64,000 bases of DNA from a virus (lineage: Duplodnaviria; Caudoviricetes): the IMG/VR virus record IMGVR_UViG_3300020450_001133, one strand, 5' to 3'. The notes under the pieces are model-generated. The model saw only the letters and a program-made list of their open reading frames with translations, had not been told where the DNA came from and searched no databases. Shown here in pieces: positions 8,638 to 17,432 of this stretch. Positions within the stretch are counted from its first letter, which is position 1, and every line of letters starts with the position of its first letter. Both the position numbers and the translations under genes were made by a program.

Positions 8638-11345
8638 TGGCATATAAACCTAACGAATTTAGAAAAAGTAAACGTAACCCACGTGATAAAATGCGTGAAG
8701 GTGCAGACCTTGACTTTGGTGTTTACATGGGCGAAGTTATTGTAAGACCTAAAGATGCAACACACAGCGGACGTATTACTGTTTATGTTCCTATGTTAAG
8801 TAAAGACAGAAATGACCCTGCAGGATATTTCCATTGTTATTGGAGTTCACCTTTTGCAGGCACAACTCCTTCAGCAAAAATAGGCGAGAATATAGCAGAC
8901 TATCAAGACACAATGAAAACATATGGCATGTGGATGGTTCCACCTGATCCTGGTAACTTTGTATTGATGTGTTTTGCAGATGGCAAAAAGAAAATGCCAG
9001 TCATTATAGGTTGTATGTTTCCGGATCAAATGCAATACATGGTTCCGGGTAATGCCGCAGGTCCAACATATGGTGCAAATATGAATTTGCCTGTAGCAGA
9101 AAAAAACAAACTTGATGAAGATTTAGACCATGGTAACAAAGCACAACGACCATTAAACAACATAATTACAGAATCAATTTTAAATCAAGGATTAATCAAA
9201 GACCCAATTAGAGGTATTACAACTGCAAGTGCAAGAAGAGAAAGTCCTTCACAAGTGTTTGGTATATTAACTCCAGGACCTGATAATAGAAATTTAAAAA
9301 CAGGAAAAAACGACGGAACAAATAGAAGAGGTGGTCATTCATTTGTAATGGACGACCATATGGATCAACGTCATATAAGATTGCGTACAGCATTAGGCAA
9401 TCAAATATTAATGGACGATACAAATGGTCTTATATATGTTATCAATAGAGATGGTACTGCTTGGGTAGAATTAGATGAAGCAGGAAGTATTAATGTTTAC
9501 AGTAATGAAAATTTAAACATAAGAGCAAAGCAAGATATAAACATTAGAGCAGATAACAATCTAAATTTAGAAGGCGGTGTTAATGTAAACATAAGTGCTG
9601 GTGTGTTAGAATCAGGGGAAGGACCTGATGGCTCCAGTGGACCATACGGTGATGTAAAAATACAATCTGGTAATAGTATTGAAAATTATACCATTAATAG
9701 ATTTAAAGTTTTTACAAAAGACGAAGGCTCAGCAATAGAACATACGTCGGCAGGACAAATAAGAAACTTTTCACAATCTCAAATGCATATCCTTTCACAG
9801 GAAGAAATTTTTATGTCCACAAATGCAGACATGCATGTTAAAAGTGGCGGCACAATGAATCAACAAGCAGGTGGAAGAAATAATATTATAGGATCAACTG
9901 TTCATTTAAATGATGGTGGAAGTGCTTCACAGGCAGAACAGGCTACAGAAGTAGAAAGAATAGCACCAACAATTCACACAGATGTAAATGACCAAAATCC
10001 AGAATTTGAATACGAAGAAGGTAATGTATCAGAAGATACAAATCCATTACCAACGGACGGTGAAAGACCGCCACCAGATCCAGATACATCTAACATAGCA
10101 TCTATTTTACCAATAGTTACAACTGTTGAACCTTGGATAGGACATGGTAGTGGCCCTGCAGGAGACCCGCAAACGGTAACAAAAGATGGCAGAGCAAGTG
10201 AAAATAATCCCACTAATGCTATTAATCCAAATGATACATCACCAGCAAACTATACTGCAGATAATGGACAATTACAAGTAGGCACAGGATACGATGGTGT
10301 TGCTGGAGATGACATCAAAGCGGCAGGAGGAAAACCAGGACCTGGTAGTATTGCAGATTATACTCCAACAGATTTAAAATCCACAATGTCTGATCCAAGT
10401 GGTTTAGGTGATTCTTTTTACAAATCAGATTCTGCTAGTGTAGGAGCAGGTGTTATAGGCTCAGCAGTTAGTAATACAGCGATGCCTGTAGAATTAGACA
10501 ACGGCAGAAAACTTTTAGGAAAAGGACACATACTATCTCCAGAAGAAGTAACTTCAGGTGTAACAGCATTTGGTGGTGGTAATATTTTAAATCCTAAATC
10601 AGGTGGACTTTTACCTGGAACAAATGTTAGTATAAACGATGCAACCAGTTTAGTTAAAGGTGGCATAACACAAGATTTAGCAAATGCAGGATTATCAAGA
10701 ATTATGGGTTCCAAAGGATCTTATCAAACAGGCACAGGATACATTATACATAACTTGGGAATGAATATGGCAACAGGTGTTGCAACCAAACTTGCAAAAA
10801 ACACATTGGGCAATACTGCTAAATGGGTAGCATTAAGTTTAAGTGGTGCTCAAGGTGGTATGAGTAAAAATCAATACTTGGCAACAGTTATGTTTGCAGA
10901 AAGTATGGGAGAAGCAAATTGGATGACCAGTAGTGTAAAAAGTGCTATATTAAATGGCGACTATATAAGAGTGCCAATTGAAATGATGAACTACTCAAGC
11001 AACAAACAAGGATACAAACAGAATCTTGCAAACAGAAGAGTTTATGAAAGCACACTTTGGGGAATGCCTGACACTTATAATCCTAATCACACAGAAGGCA
11101 GTGGAACAGGTTGGGGAAACAAGGCGGCTCAAATACAATTAGACAATTATGAATTAACTAAAAAGTATGGTAAGTCATCACCTTCCTTCTTCCCAAGAAA
11201 CGAAGATGCAAGAATTCCTTTAAGTAAAATTGACCTTGCTGACAGAAATGATAAGGCAAAGTTCTATGATCCAAATGATGTAACGTTGAAAAACTTTGGT
11301 CAGCCTGGACCAATGTTACCGATGTTCAATATATTTAATATCTAA
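8637..11345 (+). CDS. baseplate central spike (gp5/VgrG-like): OB fold, beta-helix and C-terminal degenerate GH24 lysozyme-like domain
   Basis: GRITVYVP...YGMWMVPPDPGNFVLMCFADG (OB fold); GHSFVMDD...IRLRTALGNQILMDD...WVELDEAGSINVYS (beta-helix start); C-terminal NQY--TVMF...SS---AI-NGDY....LANRR-YES-LW resembles phage lysozyme. Confidence 0.8.
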   Translation: MAYKPNEFRKSKRNPRDKMREGADLDFGVYMGEVIVRPKDATHSGRITVYVPMLSKDRNDPAGYFHCYWSSPFAGTTPSAKIGENIADYQDTMKTYGMWMVPPDPGNFVLMCFADGKKKMPVIIGCMFPDQMQYMVPGNAAGPTYGANMNLPVAEKNKLDEDLDHGNKAQRPLNNIITESILNQGLIKDPIRGITTASARRESPSQVFGILTPGPDNRNLKTGKNDGTNRRGGHSFVMDDHMDQRHIRLRTALGNQILMDDTNGLIYVINRDGTAWVELDEAGSINVYSNENLNIRAKQDINIRADNNLNLEGGVNVNISAGVLESGEGPDGSSGPYGDVKIQSGNSIENYTINRFKVFTKDEGSAIEHTSAGQIRNFSQSQMHILSQEEIFMSTNADMHVKSGGTMNQQAGGRNNIIGSTVHLNDGGSASQAEQATEVERIAPTIHTDVNDQNPEFEYEEGNVSEDTNPLPTDGERPPPDPDTSNIASILPIVTTVEPWIGHGSGPAGDPQTVTKDGRASENNPTNAINPNDTSPANYTADNGQLQVGTGYDGVAGDDIKAAGGKPGPGSIADYTPTDLKSTMSDPSGLGDSFYKSDSASVGAGVIGSAVSNTAMPVELDNGRKLLGKGHILSPEEVTSGVTAFGGGNILNPKSGGLLPGTNVSINDATSLVKGGITQDLANAGLSRIMGSKGSYQTGTGYIIHNLGMNMATGVATKLAKNTLGNTAKWVALSLSGAQGGMSKNQYLATVMFAESMGEANWMTSSVKSAILNGDYIRVPIEMMNYSSNKQGYKQNLANRRVYESTLWGMPDTYNPNHTEGSGTGWGNKAAQIQLDNYELTKKYGKSSPSFFPRNEDARIPLSKIDLADRNDKAKFYDPNDVTLKNFGQPGPMLPMFNIFNI

Positions 11346-11575
11346 TCTTTTTTCTGAGACTCTAGTAATTTAATTTCATTTTGCAAATCTGAAATTTTTA
11401 CCCATGCTCGATATTTTCCATCTTGCTCATCTTTGATGTTTCTTTCAAGCAATTTAATATGGTCTCTAAGTTGATTGCACTCATTGTTCTTTTCAATAAG
11501 CATAAGTCTTATTTGCTCTTCTGCTGTATTGTTAAGTGTGAGTATATCTTTGTTTTTAATCTCTATCGTTGTCAT
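11342..11575 (-). CDS. small coiled-coil hypothetical protein
   Basis: 77-aa heptad-rich ORF, coupled to the upstream hydrolase; its stop overlaps the spike stop codon convergently. Confidence 0.65.
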   Translation of the reverse strand: MTTIEIKNKDILTLNNTAEEQIRLMLIEKNNECNQLRDHIKLLERNIKDEQDGKYRAWVKISDLQNEIKLLESQKKD

Positions 11576-12188
11576 TAAACACTCGTTCCTTTATTAAGTT
11601 TACTATGTCCATTGATAATAGCACTTCATTGTGCGATAAGTCAACCGTTATATTTTCCTTATTCACAAATCCCACAGGAACTTTAGTTTGTGTTTCAATT
11701 GTAAGCAGTCCATCATTAGGAGAACTTCCTAGTCCAGCGAGTGCATTACCACTACCTGTTCCTGCTGTTATAATATTAGTTATCGGAATTTCACTATAAG
11801 TATCCGCAATGGCTGTCAAAAAAGCACTTCCTGGAGTCATTGTTGCAAAAAGTTTACTTTGTCTAAAAACTAACGATAGCCATTTTGCAGTTCTACTACC
11901 TGCCCACGGTGAACTTAATGCAAATAAATGTTGAACATTGTCATAATATGATAGTAGTCGTGCAGATAGCACACAGCCGTAACTATGTGCAATTATAGAA
12001 AAAGGTTCATTATCTAAATTTTGGTCTATAATAAATTTGAATCTTTTTAAAATTTCGTCTGGATCTTCTTGAACGTCATATTCCAAACTTAAAAGATTAT
12101 GTTCTGGTAAAAATATTTCTAAAAAATTAAAACTTAATTTACTTTGACCACTGCCATGAATAAAGACAACATTAGTTTGGTTCGCCAT
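11556..12188 (-). CDS. alpha/beta hydrolase (lipase/esterase-like)
   Basis: Oxyanion motif FIHGSG, nucleophile elbow AHSYG, SSPWAGS, candidate Asp (NDG) and His (SHNE). Confidence 0.85.
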   Translation of the reverse strand: MANQTNVVFIHGSGQSKLSFNFLEIFLPEHNLLSLEYDVQEDPDEILKRFKFIIDQNLDNEPFSIIAHSYGCVLSARLLSYYDNVQHLFALSSPWAGSRTAKWLSLVFRQSKLFATMTPGSAFLTAIADTYSEIPITNIITAGTGSGNALAGLGSSPNDGLLTIETQTKVPVGFVNKENITVDLSHNEVLLSMDIVNLIKERVFNDNDRD

Positions 12189-12453
12189 CCCTTATTAACT
12201 GCTCCATAAGGTCAAACTCACGTGGGATTTTATTTTTTTGGCCCACCATATTAACCATTTCAAAAAGTACATATTTCTTAGTGTGGTAATCAAATATGCC
12301 GAGTGAATGAATTCTGTTGCCGTTTTTGTGCAACATTTTACGAAATCTAGGTCCATACCCACTAGATTCTACATAATTATTGTCATAGATTTTTTTGTTG
12401 ACTTTGTATGCTAAATCAACTATCTTGTCGAAACGTTCTAATACGTTTTTCAT
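12172..12453 (-). CDS. hypothetical protein (probable start ATG 12453 rather than TTG 12477)
   Basis: AAGGA SD-like sequence precedes ATG 12453; overlaps the start of the hydrolase gene. Confidence 0.6.
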   Translation of the reverse strand: MKNVLERFDKIVDLAYKVNKKIYDNNYVESSGYGPRFRKMLHKNGNRIHSLGIFDYHTKKYVLFEMVNMVGQKNKIPREFDLMEQLIRDGEPN

Positions 12454-12509
12454 TAGCCATCCTTTGTTAAGGTTCAAAAAATAACGATAATGATTATCGT
12501 CTCCAATGT

Positions 12510-12517
12510 TACTTATA
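12510..12517 (-). promoter_or_regulatory. putative late promoter (TATAAGTA) for the inverted island
   Basis: One-mismatch variant of TATAAATA on the minus strand, with a purine at the predicted +1. Confidence 0.4.
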
Positions 12518-12550
12518 AAATGTTATTTGGAATGTGCTTAAAAATGGTGT

Positions 12551-12568
12551 ATTAAAACTAGTTTTAAT
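12551..12568. repeat. perfect 18-bp palindrome ATTAAAACTAGTTTTAAT
   Basis: Read directly; lies between divergent putative late promoters. Confidence 0.85.
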
Positions 12569-12575
12569 GGTATCA

Positions 12576-12583
12576 GATAAATA
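12576..12583 (+). promoter_or_regulatory. putative late promoter GATAAATA (leaderless gp25 transcript)
   Basis: Motif ends exactly 5 nt before ATG 12589; no SD present. Confidence 0.7.
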
Positions 12584-12588
12584 TTGGT

Positions 12589-12960
12589 ATGGCAAACATT
12601 TACAAAGGCTTTAGTACAGTAAACAAGATTAGGGCACCTTATACCTTAACGGATGCCGAACTTGTAAAAACTGATTTACTGAATGAACTCAATACTAGAC
12701 AAGGTGAACGTGTTATGCGTCCAAAGTTTGGTACAAGAATTTTTGACATACTTATGAATCCACTAGATGAATATGTTGTCAATGAAGTTGAGGAAGATGT
12801 AATCAGAATTGTCAACAAAGACCCTAGAGTTGAACTACAAACAGTAAAGACAGATGTTTTGGATCACACAATAAGGTGTGCAGTACAACTTAGAATTTTG
12901 CCAAGATTAGGTAATGACGAGTTATATGTAGAATATGCTCGACAAGACGTAGAGTTATAA
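12589..12960 (+). CDS. gp25: baseplate wedge subunit gp25-like
   Basis: DLLNELNTRQGERVMRPKFGTRIFDILMNP...DPRV motif of the gp25/GPW family. Confidence 0.9.
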   Translation: MANIYKGFSTVNKIRAPYTLTDAELVKTDLLNELNTRQGERVMRPKFGTRIFDILMNPLDEYVVNEVEEDVIRIVNKDPRVELQTVKTDVLDHTIRCAVQLRILPRLGNDELYVEYARQDVEL

Positions 12961-12961
12961 T

Positions 12962-15900
12962 ATGGCAGTTAATAGTAGACAAAACAATTTATTTGCGGCA
13001 GAGGATTGGGACGTAGCCTATCAGGCATATACGCAAGTAGATTTACAAGCATACGACTTCGATACAATTCGAAGTGCTATGGTCGAATATATAAAAACAA
13101 ATTTCCCTGAAAACTTCAACGACTATATTGAAAGTTCAGAATTTATTGCTATTATAGAATTGTTAGCATATCTTGGACAAAGTATTGCTTTCAGAATGGA
13201 TATCAATACTAGGGAAAACTTTTTAGAAACTGCAGAAAGAAGAGATTCAGTATTTAAACTTGCAAGAATGTTAGGATACAATCCTAAAAGAAATATTCCA
13301 GCAAGTGGATTAATGAAGGTTGTGAGTATATCAACTACAGAACCTTTATCAGACAGCCTAGGCAATCAACTCAATAACAGAACAATCACATGGAACGATG
13401 CAAACAATCCAGACAGTTATGAGCAGTTCATCACAGTAATGAATAGTGCCTTTGGTCAAGTAAACAGATTTAGTAAGCCTGTTAAGACAGGAACATTGGG
13501 TGGTATTGTAACAGACTTATACGAAATAAATACCCCAACAAATGCTCCGTTAGTATTCAGTTTTGACTCAACCATAAACGGACAAAAAAGACAATTTGAA
13601 TTTGTTAATTCTGATTTCACAGATAACAAATTCTTTTTTGAAAAACATCCAGACCCTGTAAACAACTTTGGAATGATTTATAGAAATGACGGACTAGGTC
13701 TGTCAAGCAAAAACAATGGTTTCTTTATGTTGTTTAAACAAGGAAAACTAGAACAAAGAGATTTTGATTTTAGTGTGCCTGTAGAAAATAGAACAGAAGA
13801 AATTGGAGTATCAGGTATAAATGAAACAGACGTATGGTTGCAACAATTAAACAGTTTGAAAACAGTCGTAAACAAATGGACAAGAATACCAAATACAGTT
13901 GGACAAACATTACAATATAATGTACAGGCAAAAAATACTCCATTGTTATATGCAATATCTAATTTAGGTACAGGTGGTATAAAATTAGAATTTGCTGATG
14001 GTAACTTTGCTAACGTTCCAGTAGGCGATTATAGAGTATATTTCAGAAAGAGTGACAATGAAAGATTTACAATGTCACCTGACGATGTTGGAACCACATC
14101 TACTAGAATACCTTACATAAATGCTAAGGGAGTAAGATATGTTTTAACTGTTACTTCGCAATTACAAAATACAGTTAATAACAGTTTGCCTGAAGAAACA
14201 GTAGCAGGTATTAAAGAACGAGCACCACAATCATACTATGCACAAGATAGAATGATTACAAACCAAGATTATCAAACATTGCCTTTAGCAAAGAATACTA
14301 ATATTGCTAAACTTAAAGTTACTAATAGAACACATGCAGGGCATAGTAGATATATTGATATCACAGACCCAACAAGCACATTCCAAACAACAGATGTAAT
14401 TGCTGAGGATGGTGCATTATATTTAGACAACGTATTTACTAGCAGTAATTTTGTTATTGATGTAAACAATACTGCTACAGAACAAATTGATAGAACAGTA
14501 CAACTCATACTTAAAAATTTAAAACTAAACGATTTTATTTACAGTACGTTTAGAGATAGTTGGCTGTTAAGACAACCTAATAAATTTAATTTAGAAAACT
14601 ACAATATAGTATGGCACACATTGCCAAGAACCACATCTAGTGTTACAGGATATATGACTGAAACATTTACACAGAATGGAACTATTGCTGACCTTAATGT
14701 TGCAGATCCTAATTTGCAACTTATACAACCAGGTCATCTTATTAAATTTGTTAATCCACAAAACAAAGCAGAATTTATTTGGGCAAAGATTAAAGTTATA
14801 CTTGATAATGGTAGACGTGGTGGAAACTTAACCACGGTGACAGGACCTATCACATTAAGTGAAGCAATACCTGAAAATTGGGAAGGTGTTGAATTAATTA
14901 CAACTTTAAGAAAAACATTCTTTGACAGTGAAAAAACTGCACTCAGAAATGCATTAGAAACTAAAAAGACTTTTGGACTAGGGTATAACCCAAGCAACAA
15001 CTATTACTATATAATTCAAAATAGTAATCTTAATGCAGGCACAGATTTTGATATTGGTAACGGAGAAGATACATCAGGTAATGGAAGAGATAAAAGTTGG
15101 TTATTAAAGTTTCAATACGAAAGCATTGACACACTAAGTTATAGATATAATGTAACAACAAGAGGAACAGAGTATGTATTTGAAAGTTTCGAAGATGTAA
15201 GATTCTATGATGTGTCATCGAACAGAATTGTTGATAGTGGAACAGGTTTAGCAAAGTTTGATACAATTGAATTAACAACACTAAACAATAAACCTATATT
15301 AGAAGAAAATTTTGAATGGATAGATTCTAATGCTACTCCAGACTTTATAGGTGATAAATGGTTCTCAGTAGAACTTGGTCAGACATTTGACCAAATACCA
15401 TTAAGAAGCAGAGACACAAACTTCGATGATGTTGAAGTAAAACTACAAAGTAACTTTGGTTTATTCAGAGAAGGTGATAGAACTAGTAATGCTTTTGTAA
15501 ACGATGTTGTAATTGAATTAGGAACAACATTTGATACTAGTGATGTTTCCAACACTAACGTAGTCATTGCAAACAATTCAGGAGTTATCAGTCAGTTACC
15601 TGGTAACATTAATATAGATTTCAGTAATACAACATTTGGATATAATATTGTATCTGCAACTGGTAATGGTAATGTTGCATTCAAATACAATGCAGTTTCT
15701 TACGATACTGGAAACGTAGGATACGGACAACACATAAGTTTAGCAAATGCAAACGTATCAACGCAAACAGGTAATTTGGTTATTGCAAATTATAATACTA
15801 AAAATCATTATGCTATAGATAGAACAGGTTTAACCAGTAAAGATAGACTTACTGTAACCTACCTTAATGAAAAAAGTAGATTAGAAAAACCAATTAAATG

Positions 15901-17419
15901 GAGTGCTGTTGGTAACTTTGTTTCTTCTGATGGATACACAGATCCTAGAAAAGTTTTAGTAACACCTCAAAACAGCACAGGTGATGATAGTCCTGATAAT
16001 CCTATTCAGTTTAAAGACTTTGTTAATCAAAGAAATATTATTTTATATGAAGATTTTGAAAGTTTCGACGGTTATACATATAGCAAACCAGTTAAAGCAG
16101 GAATATTAGATTTAAGAAGAGAAGATGGTGTTAATTTTAACGGAACATCATTTAGTAAAATAGCAGGTAACTCAACAGGAGAGGCAAGTACAGATACAGG
16201 TACTGTATATGAAGTAGCAGATTATGATTATTTCTTAGTTAAAAAAGAAAGCATAATAGATACTTTTGATAATACAAACGGAAAGTTACATAATAAAAAA
16301 GTTTATGCACAAGACACTAATAAAGTATATTTGATGACTTATAGTAGCACAAACTTAAATGTTGTAAAACATTATGAAAGTTCTAGACACAGAGCAAAAA
16401 AAGGAAGAAGTTTTACACAGAATACTCAATCATCTGCACAAGATGGTGTAATTTTTAAATGGCAACATGTTGCAGATAATAGCATGAGAATTGATCCAAG
16501 TATTAGTAATGTACATGAGTTCTTTATTTTAACAGAAACATATTATGATAAAATACAATCATACTTGAATGTTCCAGGAACAACCTTCCCCATAGCACCA
16601 AGTAGTTCAGAATTAGAAACAGAATTTGAAAACTTGCAAGAATTCAAATCTGCAAGTGACCAACTCTTATTTAAGAGTGGTAAGTTTAAATTATTATTTG
16701 GTAATGATGCACAACAAAGTCTACAAGCAAGATTTAAAGTTGTTAGATTACCTGGTACAAGTATCAGCGATAACGAAATTAAAACAAAAGTTATAGCGGC
16801 AATCAATCGATATTTTGAAATAGATAATTGGGATTTTGGTGATACTTTTTACTTTACAGAATTAAGCAGTTACATACATCAACAAGTAGGTAATACTATC
16901 GGAAGTATTGTAATTGTACCTAAAAACAGTCAGGGTGTATTTGGAGATTTATTCCAGGTCAAGTGTAGTTCAGAAGAATTATTCTTAAGCACCGCAACAG
17001 TTTTAGATGTAGATGTTGTTGATAAACTAACATCAGATAATTTAAGACCTGCACCTGCAACACAAAGTAACTTCTCAACATATGAAAATAGTTTAGAAGA
17101 AATTGGCCCATATGCAATAGATGGTTTTTATCCTCTTTACAGCACGGCTGAAGCGGCTAACTTTGTAGGTGATGGCACAAACGAAACATTTAAGTTTTTT
17201 GGAAAAACATTTTATATGCCTAAAGGCGTAACACAGTTTAAAGGAAATTATGTAACCAATCAAGCCACAACTACAACTTACACAGGTACCACTGCAACAA
17301 ATGATAGTGTTGGAAGTTCAGCATCATCAACAGGTGGTTCAACAGGATCAGGTGGATCTGGATCTGGTGGATCAGGCGGTGGAGGTTCCGGTGGCGGTGG
17401 CGGTGGCTACGGCTATTAA
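12962..17419 (+). CDS. gp6: baseplate wedge subunit gp6-like (1485 aa), with C-terminal YPLY/FYMP module and Gly/Ser tail
   Basis: YDFDTIRSAMVEYIK--FPENFND-IESSEF-A-IE--AY-GQ--AFR-D-N-RENFL-TAERRDSV--LA-MLGY-PKR; APQSYYAQDRM-T--DY; follows gp25. Confidence 0.9.
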   Translation: MAVNSRQNNLFAAEDWDVAYQAYTQVDLQAYDFDTIRSAMVEYIKTNFPENFNDYIESSEFIAIIELLAYLGQSIAFRMDINTRENFLETAERRDSVFKLARMLGYNPKRNIPASGLMKVVSISTTEPLSDSLGNQLNNRTITWNDANNPDSYEQFITVMNSAFGQVNRFSKPVKTGTLGGIVTDLYEINTPTNAPLVFSFDSTINGQKRQFEFVNSDFTDNKFFFEKHPDPVNNFGMIYRNDGLGLSSKNNGFFMLFKQGKLEQRDFDFSVPVENRTEEIGVSGINETDVWLQQLNSLKTVVNKWTRIPNTVGQTLQYNVQAKNTPLLYAISNLGTGGIKLEFADGNFANVPVGDYRVYFRKSDNERFTMSPDDVGTTSTRIPYINAKGVRYVLTVTSQLQNTVNNSLPEETVAGIKERAPQSYYAQDRMITNQDYQTLPLAKNTNIAKLKVTNRTHAGHSRYIDITDPTSTFQTTDVIAEDGALYLDNVFTSSNFVIDVNNTATEQIDRTVQLILKNLKLNDFIYSTFRDSWLLRQPNKFNLENYNIVWHTLPRTTSSVTGYMTETFTQNGTIADLNVADPNLQLIQPGHLIKFVNPQNKAEFIWAKIKVILDNGRRGGNLTTVTGPITLSEAIPENWEGVELITTLRKTFFDSEKTALRNALETKKTFGLGYNPSNNYYYIIQNSNLNAGTDFDIGNGEDTSGNGRDKSWLLKFQYESIDTLSYRYNVTTRGTEYVFESFEDVRFYDVSSNRIVDSGTGLAKFDTIELTTLNNKPILEENFEWIDSNATPDFIGDKWFSVELGQTFDQIPLRSRDTNFDDVEVKLQSNFGLFREGDRTSNAFVNDVVIELGTTFDTSDVSNTNVVIANNSGVISQLPGNINIDFSNTTFGYNIVSATGNGNVAFKYNAVSYDTGNVGYGQHISLANANVSTQTGNLVIANYNTKNHYAIDRTGLTSKDRLTVTYLNEKSRLEKPIKWSAVGNFVSSDGYTDPRKVLVTPQNSTGDDSPDNPIQFKDFVNQRNIILYEDFESFDGYTYSKPVKAGILDLRREDGVNFNGTSFSKIAGNSTGEASTDTGTVYEVADYDYFLVKKESIIDTFDNTNGKLHNKKVYAQDTNKVYLMTYSSTNLNVVKHYESSRHRAKKGRSFTQNTQSSAQDGVIFKWQHVADNSMRIDPSISNVHEFFILTETYYDKIQSYLNVPGTTFPIAPSSSELETEFENLQEFKSASDQLLFKSGKFKLLFGNDAQQSLQARFKVVRLPGTSISDNEIKTKVIAAINRYFEIDNWDFGDTFYFTELSSYIHQQVGNTIGSIVIVPKNSQGVFGDLFQVKCSSEELFLSTATVLDVDVVDKLTSDNLRPAPATQSNFSTYENSLEEIGPYAIDGFYPLYSTAEAANFVGDGTNETFKFFGKTFYMPKGVTQFKGNYVTNQATTTTYTGTTATNDSVGSSASSTGGSTGSGGSGSGGSGGGGSGGGGGGYGY

Positions 17420-17432
17420 AAGGTAAAAATTT

